From Thermoproteota archaeon (lineage in GTDB: Archaea; Asgardarchaeota; Njordarchaeia; Njordarchaeales; Panguiarchaeaceae), in NCBI GenBank assembly GCA_024720975.1, contig JANJXX010000005.1, positions 7,059 to 71,058 of the forward strand: a stretch of DNA of 64,000 nt. The letters are read 5' to 3'. Position numbers and translations under genes: made by a program. The notes under the pieces were generated by a model. That model was not told the origin of the DNA and did no database searches. It saw nothing but the letters and a program-made list of their open reading frames with translations. Positions within the stretch are counted from its first letter, which is position 1. Every line of letters begins with the position of its first letter. Shown here in pieces: positions 10,245-19,928 of the stretch.

Positions 10245-10511
10245 ATGAGCAACATTATGAAGTTAGTGACACTTGGTTTTCTTCCACCAGACTTGAAATG
10301 GGAAGATATAGAGCTTACAATTTACTATAAGATTTGGGAGTACTTTCGCGTAGTTTGCATACACGCTCAATACAGCCTGAATGATCTAAATAATATTCAA
10401 TGTAAAAAAATTGAGAAGCGCTGCGATTTTGATGCGTGTCCTGTTGTTACCAGAGCACTTACGATGTACCAACAGGCACTAAAATATGCCGCAGTGGAAA
10501 GACGCGACTAG
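10245..10511 (+). CDS. Hypothetical small Cys-containing protein
   Basis: 88-aa ORF that starts 2 nt after the gap stop codon. Confidence 0.4.
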   Translation: MSNIMKLVTLGFLPPDLKWEDIELTIYYKIWEYFRVVCIHAQYSLNDLNNIQCKKIEKRCDFDACPVVTRALTMYQQALKYAAVERRD

Positions 10512-10559
10512 ACTTTTTATCAATTATTCTTGCATAAATGTAGTCGATGGGATGTTCAA

Positions 10560-11195
10560 ATGACAAGAAGAACATGTACATTGATTATCATAACATTACT
10601 ACTTACAGTCTATTCAGTGGTGCTGTTCGACGCACAGAGTTTAAGAACATCAACGATACATTCACAAATGGAACTTCACGCTGCAAGAGTTTTGAACGCA
10701 ACTGTGGTTAGTCGTAATGAGGCCGTACAAATATACACGGTGATAAATAACCCTGAGACATGGACGCTGCACAATATGACCGGGTATTTTATAATACGTC
10801 CCGCTGTTAAGCTCATAATTGTTGATGTCTTGAATATAACAAATATCTCCACGACAAGATACGAGTTTGTGCTCGAGGAGTATGTTAATATAACATTTGA
10901 GATTGTATCCGTTAAACCACAAGAAAAGTTCATCCATTGGGTTATCGTGCGATTTGGAGCAGAAGGAATATATAACATAATTTCTGGTGAGATTAGCGGC
11001 GTAAGAACGAAGGGTGAGCTAAAGGAGGAGTTCACGCTTAGCGTCAACAATGCAAGTATAAAGGTTACAGGCCGTACAGAAAGGTATCCCCCTGAAGGTA
11101 CTAAAGACGCAACTTTACTGGTGATATTATCGACGATATGTCTGCCCCTGGTACTTATTGGAAGTATTGGTAAAATCTCTAGGAGACACGGGTGA
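10560..11195 (+). CDS. Hypothetical secreted / membrane-anchored protein
   Basis: N-terminal signal-anchor (TCTLIIITLLLTVYSVVLF), several N-x-S/T sequons and a C-terminal TM followed by basic residues. Confidence 0.45.
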   Translation: MTRRTCTLIIITLLLTVYSVVLFDAQSLRTSTIHSQMELHAARVLNATVVSRNEAVQIYTVINNPETWTLHNMTGYFIIRPAVKLIIVDVLNITNISTTRYEFVLEEYVNITFEIVSVKPQEKFIHWVIVRFGAEGIYNIISGEISGVRTKGELKEEFTLSVNNASIKVTGRTERYPPEGTKDATLLVILSTICLPLVLIGSIGKISRRHG

Positions 11196-12169
11196 AACAA
11201 ATGCGTGCGATAGTTACTGGGGGAGCTGGCTTCATAGGCTCGCACATAGTAGATGCTCTAATGCAAGACAAGCGTTTTGAAGAAGTTATAGTGATAGATA
11301 ATTTATCCTCTGGAGCCTATGAGAACATTATGCATTGGGAGAATGATGAGAGATTCCACTTTGCTAGAATGGATCTCACTAATATCGATGAAATTGCCGG
11401 AATTTTTAAGAATGTAGATGTGGTATTTCATTTCGCAGCTGAGTCAAGTGTCAAGATTGGCTCAGAATATCCAGAAAAAATGTGGCGCTGTAATGTTGTT
11501 GCAACATTCAACGTTCTAGAGGCAATGCGGCTAAATAATGTGAAGAATATAGTCTATGCATCATCATCAACTGTTTATGGCGATCAAGTGAAAATTCCGA
11601 CTCCAGAAGAGGCTATATTGCAACCGATATCTATGTACGGGGCATCAAAATTAGCAGGGGAGGCACTAATTCTAGGATATGCAAATACCTTCAAAATGCG
11701 CGGTTTAATACTAAGGTATGCAAATATTACCGGTCCACGTATGAGGCGAGGCGTTGTGTACGACTTCGTTGTTAAGTTGCTTAAAAATCCAAATGAGCTC
11801 GAGATTCTTGGGGATGGAACTCAAAGAAAAAGTTACCTACATGTAAGTGATGCTGTAAGTGCAACAATGTTTCTCTTTGATAAGTTTCTTAATGCGAGTA
11901 GCCGCTTTGAGATATATAACGTTGGGAACATAGATTGGATAACCGTAAAGGAGATAGCCGATATCGTATCAGAAGTCCTTGGAGTTCATCCTGAGTATAA
12001 GTTCACTGGTGGCGTTGAAAGCGGAAGAGGTTGGATTGGTGATGTAAAACTAATGTTACTAGATATATCGAAACTCAGAAGTAAGGGCTGGCAGCCAACT
12101 ATGAATTCTCACGAAGCAGTAAGGCAGAGTGCCAAAGAGGTATACAAGGAAGTAAAGGACAAGATTTAG
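11192..12169 (+). CDS. NAD-dependent nucleotide-sugar epimerase/dehydratase (UDP-glucose 4-epimerase-like)
   Basis: GGAGFIGSH Rossmann motif and YGASK catalytic motif (extended SDR family). Confidence 0.8.
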   Translation: MKQMRAIVTGGAGFIGSHIVDALMQDKRFEEVIVIDNLSSGAYENIMHWENDERFHFARMDLTNIDEIAGIFKNVDVVFHFAAESSVKIGSEYPEKMWRCNVVATFNVLEAMRLNNVKNIVYASSSTVYGDQVKIPTPEEAILQPISMYGASKLAGEALILGYANTFKMRGLILRYANITGPRMRRGVVYDFVVKLLKNPNELEILGDGTQRKSYLHVSDAVSATMFLFDKFLNASSRFEIYNVGNIDWITVKEIADIVSEVLGVHPEYKFTGGVESGRGWIGDVKLMLLDISKLRSKGWQPTMNSHEAVRQSAKEVYKEVKDKI

Positions 12170-12927
12170 ATAAGGCCTAGGATTTTAAGGTACTCAATAC
12201 TCTTATCTAAAGCATTTTCATCTCTGGGTTCTATCGTAATGTACAGCTCATTCAGACTTATACCATTCTCCTCAAGTTTTGAGAATACATGCCCCCAATC
12301 AATTAGGCCAGATCCTACGGCCAAATGTTCATCACTTCCAGGGCGAGTTTCATGTACGTGCAGCTCCTTAATGTAACTCGAGAGCTTAGAGATCCATGTC
12401 TCTAATGGAACATTTGAGTATGCTATTGCGTGACCAACATCAAGCGTGAATCCAAATAAGTCGCTTTGTAGCATTCTAAAAACCTTGTGAAAGATTTCAG
12501 GGTCTCGTTCGTATGCATTTTCAAGGTAGATTTTTATCTTCTGCTGCAACAGTTCCTCAAGAACCTCGACGGAGTTCTCTATCCAAGCCTTCTTAAAGTA
12601 TTTATGCATATTTTCAACGTAATTAAGATGAACCACGACATAAGTAGCCCTTATGTCAGATGCCAGCTTTATGGTCTCGAGAAGCCGCATCTTTGTAACT
12701 TGTCTTATTGCCGGATCTAACGAACCCAGGAGCATGTCATGAGGGGGCGCGTGAACAGCCACGTCAATTTTTTCTCTAAAATCTTTGATAAGCTTAACGG
12801 TGTTAGAGTTTAATTCCATAAGCCTGTTTGCCGTTAGACCTAACAAGCAGTTTAATCCTCTGTCCTTAGAAATGGAAAGTTGTTTTTCTACTGGATATTG
12901 GAATAGGTGTACATATGGTGTTTTCAA
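12166..12927 (-). CDS. Xylose-isomerase-like TIM-barrel protein (AP endonuclease family 2 / sugar-phosphate isomerase superfamily)
   Basis: Metal-ligand pattern HAP...VVVHLN...YLEN...LDVGHA...HVHE...DEH typical of the Endo IV / xylose isomerase-like fold. Confidence 0.6.
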   Translation of the reverse strand: MKTPYVHLFQYPVEKQLSISKDRGLNCLLGLTANRLMELNSNTVKLIKDFREKIDVAVHAPPHDMLLGSLDPAIRQVTKMRLLETIKLASDIRATYVVVHLNYVENMHKYFKKAWIENSVEVLEELLQQKIKIYLENAYERDPEIFHKVFRMLQSDLFGFTLDVGHAIAYSNVPLETWISKLSSYIKELHVHETRPGSDEHLAVGSGLIDWGHVFSKLEENGISLNELYITIEPRDENALDKSIEYLKILGLI

Positions 12928-13379
12928 GAAATCTCACCAATAGTTACAATACTGTATTTTAAGTTAAGCTCACGTAAAATTTTCTCGATATCCCTCACAT
13001 TGCTAATCACAAACAGGTGGCTTTCGCAATTACAATCTGATGATCCAAATCCCTCTACGAATTCTATACCTCTTGTAATCAGAGCCCTAGCTATTTTGCA
13101 CTCCAACTTTTGGTTAGACACTATAAAATATACGGCCTTTACTCTAGCGTGCTGTAAAAGATAGTCGATATGCCAGAAGATTTTCTTCTTGTTGTGCAGG
13201 TGTCTAGAAATTCTTGCGCGGAGTCCACTTTTACCAAGAGCTGATCCTACATAAAGGTAGTTACTATTGTTGAAAAAAACATTACCTAGACATCCCACCC
13301 GTAGAGTCATTGGGTGTGATACTTCTAACAACAGTAAATAAGTACCTGGCTTTTTAGGGATGTGCACAAGGCCGCCCAA
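12924..13379 (-). CDS. GIY-YIG superfamily nuclease (DUF123 / Uri-type)
   Basis: PGTYLLLL...YLYVGSA...L..R..RH...KK.FWHIDYLL pattern. The gene overlaps the downstream TIM-barrel gene by 4 nt. Confidence 0.6.
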   Translation of the reverse strand: MGGLVHIPKKPGTYLLLLEVSHPMTLRVGCLGNVFFNNSNYLYVGSALGKSGLRARISRHLHNKKKIFWHIDYLLQHARVKAVYFIVSNQKLECKIARALITRGIEFVEGFGSSDCNCESHLFVISNVRDIEKILRELNLKYSIVTIGEIS

Positions 13380-13414
13380 ATCACGTATAGAGGAATTTTT
13401 TAGAGGCCGAGGAT

Positions 13415-14356
13415 TCAGAGTTTTTCACTGGTTAACACTGATGCAAAAACGGCTTTAGTGGTATGAAGTCTGTTTTCTGCCTGGTCGAACACTATACTGT
13501 GCTTAGATTCAAATAAGTCATCACTTACTTCCTCCCCGCGATGTCTCGGTAGGCAATGCATGAACTTAAAGTCAGGATGAGCAACCTTTACAAGCTCAAA
13601 GTTAACTTGGTATGGCCTAAATACTTTCAATCGTTGCTCTTTTTCTGCCTCTTGGCCCATCGAAACCCAGACATCAGTGTAGATCACATTAGCGTCTCGA
13701 AGTCCCTCCTTTGGATCGTCTGTGATTAGGAACTTAGCATTATGTTCCTTAGCTAATCGGTCTAGAATCTCTTTGAACTCTTTCTTTGGCCAATATTCCT
13801 TAGGACCCACTAGCCTCATTTCCATACCTAACTTTAACACTCCTATGGACAGGCTACGCGCCACATTATTATTCACATCACCTACAAAGGCGATAATTAA
13901 GTTAGAAAAGTCGCCGAAATGCTCTTTTATGGTCATCAGATCAGCAAGTCCTTGAAGCGGATGCTCCAAATCACTAAGGGCATTAATAACAGGCGCTTTA
14001 GCGTACTTTGCTAGAGTCTCTAGTGTACTGTGGGAGTAAACCCTAGCGGCTATGATATCCACGTATCGGTCAAGTACACGGGCAAAATCCTCCAAAGGTT
14101 CACCACGAGCAAGTTGCGTTGTCCCCGCCTCTATGTACATAGGAGCTATGCCCAGATGATGGCAGGCAACCTCCATTGATACCCTCGTTCTAGTTGATGG
14201 TTTCTCGAATATCAGAGCAGCAGTCTTGCCTCGAATCCTAGTGAGTTTTTTGGTATTTACCTTTCCTCGTTTGAACCTGATCGCAAGATCGATTAGATAA
14301 GTAATTTCTTGCGGAGAGAAATCTGTAAGTGCTAAGAAATCCCTCCCAGTAATCAT
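13415..14356 (-). CDS. argF: Ornithine carbamoyltransferase
   Basis: STRTR, DLEHPLQ, DVWVSMG and HCLP motifs. HCLP and SMG distinguish OTC from PyrB. Confidence 0.9.
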   Translation of the reverse strand: MITGRDFLALTDFSPQEITYLIDLAIRFKRGKVNTKKLTRIRGKTAALIFEKPSTRTRVSMEVACHHLGIAPMYIEAGTTQLARGEPLEDFARVLDRYVDIIAARVYSHSTLETLAKYAKAPVINALSDLEHPLQGLADLMTIKEHFGDFSNLIIAFVGDVNNNVARSLSIGVLKLGMEMRLVGPKEYWPKKEFKEILDRLAKEHNAKFLITDDPKEGLRDANVIYTDVWVSMGQEAEKEQRLKVFRPYQVNFELVKVAHPDFKFMHCLPRHRGEEVSDDLFESKHSIVFDQAENRLHTTKAVFASVLTSEKL

Positions 14357-14422
14357 AGACTTTCACCAGATATTGCATCAACAAAGCTTCCTTTTTTATA
14401 GCAACTAAATGTATAAGGTTAT

Positions 14423-14788
14423 ATGTCTTTTGAAAATTTTTATGAAGTAGCTAATAAGGCGAAAAGCATGCTCATAGAACTACTTAAAATTGATCAGTTT
14501 CTGACAAAACTCAAAAGAACTCACCCTAGCAATCACAAAGAGCGAGCGCCTATAATTAAGCAGATGACAACAGTAGTAGATAATTGGATAAGTCGAAATA
14601 ATTTAGATTCCGAGGAAAACCTCTTTGCACTAGCACAGGCGCTGGAATATATAGATCAGCACGACCGGTATGCATATGAAGAAATGAGACAAATAACTAA
14701 ATATCCAAAGATCTATGAGAGAGCAATTAATTATATGAAATGGGCGCAGTTACACAAAAGACTTGGTGGCAAACTACCTGTAGAGTGA
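14423..14788 (+). CDS. Hypothetical protein
   Basis: 121-aa ORF lying 6 nt upstream of the next gene on the same strand. Confidence 0.45.
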   Translation: MSFENFYEVANKAKSMLIELLKIDQFLTKLKRTHPSNHKERAPIIKQMTTVVDNWISRNNLDSEENLFALAQALEYIDQHDRYAYEEMRQITKYPKIYERAINYMKWAQLHKRLGGKLPVE

Positions 14789-14794
14789 CAGATC

Positions 14795-15817
14795 ATGAGC
14801 AGTGAGCTTGAGTACTATGGCTTTCGAGATCTTGTAAACTTGCGAGATAAATTAGCGACCCTAGAAGTGCTTGAAAATGCCATCAAGAGCAATAGATACG
14901 ATAGAACCTCATTGCAAAAATATTTTGGCTTAGCAGAAAGTCACATAGAATTCATATTCTCTCTTTTTCCAGAACTTAAAACGAATCAAAAACCTCCACA
15001 TAACAAACTTTTAGAGACATATAGACAGTACAAAGCCGAGTATCGACGCATCCAAGCAAAGATGCTCCAGGGAATGGAACTTTGGATCTTTCCAAAGTTT
15101 CGGTCGCTAGTCGGAGCCGTTTGTAAGGGAATGTTTGAAGGGCGCCCCATCAGTGACATTATAGATAGCTTAGTTGTAATACTGGTTCCCTCCATCGAGA
15201 ATAATATACTGCTTCTTCACATGTTTAGTGGCGAGAAATGCGTGGGAATATTTGGTTTGGGCAGTTATATAGTTAAATTTACCCCGGAGGTAGCAAAGGA
15301 GCCGACGATATTCTTACTGCCTATTGATGCTATTATCATGGACCTGAACTTTTATGAGCTCGCTCTAAACAGTCCCAAGAAACTGTCTATCCCGAAATAC
15401 AGCGACTTTGTAAGGGAGCACGTAATAAGAGTACCACTGGCACAAGTGGCCGAAAGTGACTTTGTCCTGAGACTATTCGCTCCAGTAATGCGTGATATAT
15501 CGGAATATCTACTAAGTTACCTTAAAGTGATAGGAAGTCTTCCAAAAGGCCAAACACTCGATGACGTACAAATTCTTAGCGCCTGGCGAGGTGCTATGAA
15601 CAAGATACTGGTGACTCGAGAAAAGTTTGATAGGATCTTAGAAGAAGTCAAGAAAGGCATTCCAGGACTGATGGGTTATGAGGGCATACTAGATAAACTC
15701 GATGAGTTACCACTCGTTAAAGCTGAATTTGCCCATATAAGCTCAAAGTGGATTGCGTGGGCTAGATTTGTGGTTGCAGGATATGATTTAATAGAATCGT
15801 TGGCTAAGCTTAGGTGA
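14795..15817 (+). CDS. Hypothetical protein
   Basis: 340-aa ORF with no recognisable motif. Confidence 0.5.
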   Translation: MSSELEYYGFRDLVNLRDKLATLEVLENAIKSNRYDRTSLQKYFGLAESHIEFIFSLFPELKTNQKPPHNKLLETYRQYKAEYRRIQAKMLQGMELWIFPKFRSLVGAVCKGMFEGRPISDIIDSLVVILVPSIENNILLLHMFSGEKCVGIFGLGSYIVKFTPEVAKEPTIFLLPIDAIIMDLNFYELALNSPKKLSIPKYSDFVREHVIRVPLAQVAESDFVLRLFAPVMRDISEYLLSYLKVIGSLPKGQTLDDVQILSAWRGAMNKILVTREKFDRILEEVKKGIPGLMGYEGILDKLDELPLVKAEFAHISSKWIAWARFVVAGYDLIESLAKLR

Positions 15818-15822
15818 GTTAT

Positions 15823-15972
15823 GTGAGTCTGAAGTTAAAGTCTGCTAGATTGATCCTTTTTCTAATTGGAACTATTTGTCTAGCCGTAGCAATCTATGTA
15901 GGACAAGCAGAAGTTGTAAAGGAGTTATTATCGCAATTCTTAAAGGAGGAGCTAGCTGGCTATGTGTCCTAG
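15823..15972 (+). CDS. Possible small single-TM protein (49 aa, below ORF-track cutoff)
   Basis: GTG start 5 nt after AGGTGA. Encodes SLKLKSARLILFLIGTICLAVAIYVG... and fills the gap before the NapH-like gene. Confidence 0.3.
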   Translation: MSLKLKSARLILFLIGTICLAVAIYVGQAEVVKELLSQFLKEELAGYVS

Positions 15973-15984
15973 TAGGTGTTGCTA

Positions 15985-16881
15985 ATGGCGGAATCTAAAA
16001 AGAGAATTCTCGAACGATATTGTGCTACAATAGCACGTAAGTTTACGCAAATACTAGTATTCATAGTGATCTTTGGTGGTATATTTGGTTTTGCAGCTAC
16101 AAGTATTGTTCTTCCAATAAGGGTAGGTCTAAGTAATCCGTACGTCATTATAGCCGATGCTTGGATGCTCATGGAAATTATGCTCACTAGAGCTATAGTG
16201 CCTCTACTGGCGTTAGCAAGCATAGCGCTATTCTCACTATTCATCGGGCGAGCTGCATGTGGCTGGCTGTGTCCCTTTGGGTTAATCAATGACGTCATTG
16301 GTGCCATAGGTAAAAGGAAAAAACTATCTCCTAATGTGGTATTATCCCTCTGGAAATTTGCCCTATTTCTAGCTGGACTGTTTATCTTTATAGATGTGTC
16401 AATTTACTATAATGAAGTCATCAATCGAAGCATTAAGGGATATTTTGGCGCATTTTATGGCGCGCCTTCGACGTTTATAGACCCCGTAACTCCGATGTTC
16501 TCACTATTATTTTGGATGACGTACAATGATAAATGGCCATCAAACATGAGCGGTTGGTTTAGTTTACCGGCGGAATTCTACTGGAGAATCTTCATTATGA
16601 TCGCGGTGATAATAGCTTGCTATTACTTCCCGCGCCTCTACTGTAAAGCATTATGCCCACTTGGTGCAGTGATGGGCCTAGCTTCTCAGTACTCACTCTC
16701 ATTCCTGAGCATAAGTAAAGGACTATGCAACGAATGCAAACTATGTGAGCGTGTTTGTCCTATGGATGTACCAATATTAGACTTTCTAGAGAGTGGTGAA
16801 ATTAGACATCCCCAGTGCATATTATGTCTTAAGTGCGTTGAAGCTTGTCCAAAAAGAGCTCTAACACTGAAATTCGGGTGA
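15985..16881 (+). CDS. NapH/MauN-like polyferredoxin membrane protein (4Fe-4S binding)
   Basis: Membrane CxxCP motifs (CGWLCPFG, CKALCPLG) plus two ferredoxin motifs (CNECKLCERVCP, CILCLKCVEACP). Confidence 0.7.
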   Translation: MAESKKRILERYCATIARKFTQILVFIVIFGGIFGFAATSIVLPIRVGLSNPYVIIADAWMLMEIMLTRAIVPLLALASIALFSLFIGRAACGWLCPFGLINDVIGAIGKRKKLSPNVVLSLWKFALFLAGLFIFIDVSIYYNEVINRSIKGYFGAFYGAPSTFIDPVTPMFSLLFWMTYNDKWPSNMSGWFSLPAEFYWRIFIMIAVIIACYYFPRLYCKALCPLGAVMGLASQYSLSFLSISKGLCNECKLCERVCPMDVPILDFLESGEIRHPQCILCLKCVEACPKRALTLKFG

Positions 16882-16909
16882 TTTCCCTAGAGATTCAGAG
16901 GGTTCCATC

Positions 16910-17272
16910 ATGTTACAAAATCAAGAAAAGACTTCCGATAATGAAACTCTGAAGCCAGCTTCAGAATTGATTAAGGAAATCTTAGCCGAGGTCGCTAAAA
17001 AGGACCCAAGCATAAAGCTCATAGCAGTTGTTGATGATAGCGGCCTCGTCGTTGGCGCATATCCAATGAGAGGAGATCAAATAGAAATCATTGAGAACAT
17101 AGGCGGTGTGATCTCCGAAGTTTATAGGTGTGCGTTAGAAACTTTGAAAGATAAATCAGTAGAGTTCGCAGAAAAAGTGAGTGCGATTGTAATCGGACTT
17201 GGAAAACATAAAGTAGAGTTTCACAAACACATGAATTATGCTGTTATCATCTTTAAATCCATAATGGAATAG
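16910..17272 (+). CDS. Roadblock/LC7 (MglB-like) domain protein
   Basis: 120-aa protein with the IKLIAVVDDSGLVVGAYPM... pattern typical of Roadblock/LC7. Confidence 0.6.
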   Translation: MLQNQEKTSDNETLKPASELIKEILAEVAKKDPSIKLIAVVDDSGLVVGAYPMRGDQIEIIENIGGVISEVYRCALETLKDKSVEFAEKVSAIVIGLGKHKVEFHKHMNYAVIIFKSIME

Positions 17273-17299
17273 AGCATAGGAAGTATATGGTGGCTTGAT

Positions 17300-17701
17300 A
17301 TGGATATACCAATGCTTCCAATAGGATCAGAGCTCTCCAGAAAGTATATAGTAACGTCTGAGCATACAGCAAAATTCCTGGGTTCAGGAGACGTGGAGGT
17401 ACTATCAACGCCCTCAATGATAGCCTTCATGGAAAATACTGCGCGGGAAATCTCACAGATGTATCTTCCAGAAAACTTAACTACGGTCGGGATTAAAGTA
17501 GACGTAAGACATCTTAATCCAGCACCAAAGGGTGCCGAAATTACTGTCTCTGCTAAACTAATACAACAAGATCGAAGAAAGCTAGTGTTCGAAGTTAAAG
17601 CATTCTGGAAAGATGAATTAATTGGAGAAGGATTACACGAAAGGTTTATAGTCGATAGGGATAAATTCCTTTCTAAGATTAAGGACAAACTCAGTAGGTG
17701 A
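17300..17701 (+). CDS. Hotdog-fold thioesterase (FlK/COG5496-like)
   Basis: VTSEHTA...GSGDVEVLSTPSMIAFME...VGIKVDVRHLNPAPKG pattern. Confidence 0.65.
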   Translation: MDIPMLPIGSELSRKYIVTSEHTAKFLGSGDVEVLSTPSMIAFMENTAREISQMYLPENLTTVGIKVDVRHLNPAPKGAEITVSAKLIQQDRRKLVFEVKAFWKDELIGEGLHERFIVDRDKFLSKIKDKLSR

Positions 17702-17705
17702 TCCC

Positions 17706-18143
17706 ATGCTTATAGTGCTAACTAAGGAGGTTATAAGTAGGATCCAGCTAGGTGCCGAAAGAGCAGTAGAATTTCTCAAAAAGTATAGTACACAAGTAGG
17801 TGAAATTGCAAAAAATTTGGAGTTCTCTTACGCATATTTATACTGCCTCTTAGTACTTTCGCAAGCGATACTAACCATGGCCAACTATCTAATCGTAAAA
17901 CTGGGCTTAAAGATACCCAGAAGCTTCCGAGAAGCGCTGGAGATCTTAATTGATGAGGATGTAATCCCGAAGGACTTTGAGCCTCAGGCGAAAGCAATTA
18001 TTGAAATCAGAGATATGATATTGCATTACTGGAATGAAAGCGCGCATGATGTTATTTATAGCATAACTAAGGATTTTTCATCTATTGAAGAAATATACAA
18101 TCTCGTGAAGAATCAAGTCAATAAGGTACTTGAGAAAGAGTAG
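17706..18143 (+). CDS. HEPN-domain protein (DUF86-like)
   Basis: 145-aa helical protein with an intact Rx4H motif (EIRDMILHYW). Confidence 0.55.
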   Translation: MLIVLTKEVISRIQLGAERAVEFLKKYSTQVGEIAKNLEFSYAYLYCLLVLSQAILTMANYLIVKLGLKIPRSFREALEILIDEDVIPKDFEPQAKAIIEIRDMILHYWNESAHDVIYSITKDFSSIEEIYNLVKNQVNKVLEKE

Positions 18144-18151
18144 CTTGCAGC

Positions 18152-18862
18152 TTGCGTGAGTTTGTGACAGACGTAATAAATGATGTGATTGAGTTAATTG
18201 AGAGTAAGAAGAGAATTTTGATATGCTCAGAGCCTAACATTGCTACATACATTACTCTGAAAGCTCTAAAAGAAAAACCGGATGTGGATAGCAAAGCTAT
18301 AATATTCAAATTCTCAGGTTGGACGAAACCTAAAGCCTTAGAAAATATCATAATGCTTTGTAACAGGTTCAAAGTTGACTACTACATCTTTGAGGCAGAA
18401 GATATTGTAGCATTGATTCTTCACAGACTCAAACCATATGTAAAGTCAGGCACAATGCTCCTAAATGCTTGCAGATATGCTGTCAGGAGTTTGATCCTAA
18501 TGGAGTTTGCATTAATCGACGATAGAGTACCCATAATAGCCAAGAGTCTAACAGATTTAGTAGTTAATCCAGAACCGAGGTTCGACAGTTTGAGCTATCC
18601 GTTAGTGCGGTACACTGACACATTTCTTGCGAGTCAATTAGACGATGAGAATGTTGTGAGAGACCTCTCCAAGAAAGCCTGTGAGTTAGGAGAATTTGAG
18701 TACCTAGAAGTAGATAGGAGACTCAATAATCTTAAAAGCAGGATTTTAGCATGCAAACACGGAGAACTTTTTGTTCAACCTAAAAATCTAGATGAGTTAT
18801 TAGATAGGAATATCTGTGTTTTAAAACACCTAGGGTGGAATCTTTGGAAATATACACAATAA
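18152..18862 (+). CDS. Hypothetical protein (possibly a degenerate PP-loop/Rossmann-like N-terminus)
   Basis: 236-aa ORF 8 nt downstream of the HEPN gene. No SGGxDS motif is present. Confidence 0.45.
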   Translation: MREFVTDVINDVIELIESKKRILICSEPNIATYITLKALKEKPDVDSKAIIFKFSGWTKPKALENIIMLCNRFKVDYYIFEAEDIVALILHRLKPYVKSGTMLLNACRYAVRSLILMEFALIDDRVPIIAKSLTDLVVNPEPRFDSLSYPLVRYTDTFLASQLDDENVVRDLSKKACELGEFEYLEVDRRLNNLKSRILACKHGELFVQPKNLDELLDRNICVLKHLGWNLWKYTQ

Positions 18863-19452
18863 AGACTGGGATCCTGAGAACGAATACGTATGTCGTTGTC
18901 TCAAAGGGGGAAGCAGTTATTTTGGATCCTGGAGGTGAAGTTAATAAAATCCTAGAGCTAGCAAAAAATCTTAGGGTACGAAGCATAATAGCAACCCACG
19001 GTCACTTTGATCATGTGTTGGGTGTACCAGATCTTAAGAGAACAACAGGCGCAGAATTTCTCATTCATGCGGATGATCAAGACATACTAGAAGCCTCCTG
19101 GAACTTATATGGTTCAGGTGAGGTACCCAAGCCAGATAGATACCTACAAGAGGGTGATATTATAAGGTTCGGTGATGCTGAGCTTCGCATTTTGCACACG
19201 CCGGGGCATACTCCAGGAAGCATTAGCCTTTTTGATGTTAGTGCTGGGGTTATATTTACTGGTGATACACTCTTTCGCGGAGCAATTGGCAGAACAGATT
19301 TTCTTGGAGGCGATCCAAAGAAAATCCTGGAGTCTGTTAAGAGAATTTTGGAATTTCCAGAAAGCTTTAAAGTTTATCCTGGACACGGTCAATTAACAAC
19401 AATTCATGATGAGCGTAAAAACCTCAGCTCGCTTCTTAAGATGACTTTTTAA
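18835..19452 (+). CDS. Metallo-beta-lactamase fold hydrolase (glyoxalase II-like)
   Basis: HGHFDH (HxHxDH) motif, HTPGHTPGS and GDTLF motifs. Confidence 0.8.
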   Translation: MESLEIYTIKTGILRTNTYVVVSKGEAVILDPGGEVNKILELAKNLRVRSIIATHGHFDHVLGVPDLKRTTGAEFLIHADDQDILEASWNLYGSGEVPKPDRYLQEGDIIRFGDAELRILHTPGHTPGSISLFDVSAGVIFTGDTLFRGAIGRTDFLGGDPKKILESVKRILEFPESFKVYPGHGQLTTIHDERKNLSSLLKMTF

Positions 19453-19520
19453 TTTTGACAAATCAGGTAGCAATTTCTTCAAGACACATAAATTGCCAGC
19501 AGTATTCCTGGTGTGAATTT

Positions 19521-19928
19521 TTGCATGAATGGGCACTTGCAGAATCTATCATTATGGCTGTCGTTGATTTGGCTAAGCGCGAAAATGCTAAAGAAATCCT
19601 CGAGGTAGAACTTTTAGTTGGAGAACTTCAGACACTAAACATTGAGGTACTTGAATTTGCTCTAAATGAACTGAAAAGGGGAACAATGGCTGAGAACGCA
19701 AAAATAAAGTTCTCCAAGCAGTTTCCTAGATTTAAGTGTATTGCATGCGGAAATGTATGGGAGATAAGAAATTTAGAGAATATTCTCTCGAGAGATGAAA
19801 TAGAGTCTATACACTTTATCCCAGAGCTCAGCCATGTCTTTATAAAATGTCCCAGATGCGGCAGTAATGATTTTCAAGTGACTGAAGGTAGAGGCATAAT
19901 ACTCAAGGGGGTGGTTCTGAAAAAATGA
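19521..19928 (+). CDS. hypA: Hydrogenase nickel-insertion protein HypA
   Basis: A TTG start gives MHEWALAESI. Zn site CIACG...CPRCG. The ORF-track start at 19455 is probably too far upstream. Confidence 0.8.
   Translation: MHEWALAESIIMAVVDLAKRENAKEILEVELLVGELQTLNIEVLEFALNELKRGTMAENAKIKFSKQFPRFKCIACGNVWEIRNLENILSRDEIESIHFIPELSHVFIKCPRCGSNDFQVTEGRGIILKGVVLKK

Noticed and set aside
13415-14356. I considered whether this transcarbamoylase is the missing pyrB partner of the orphan pyrI.
   Set aside because: The HCLP, DVWVSMG and DLEHPLQ motifs are diagnostic of ornithine carbamoyltransferase, not aspartate carbamoyltransferase.
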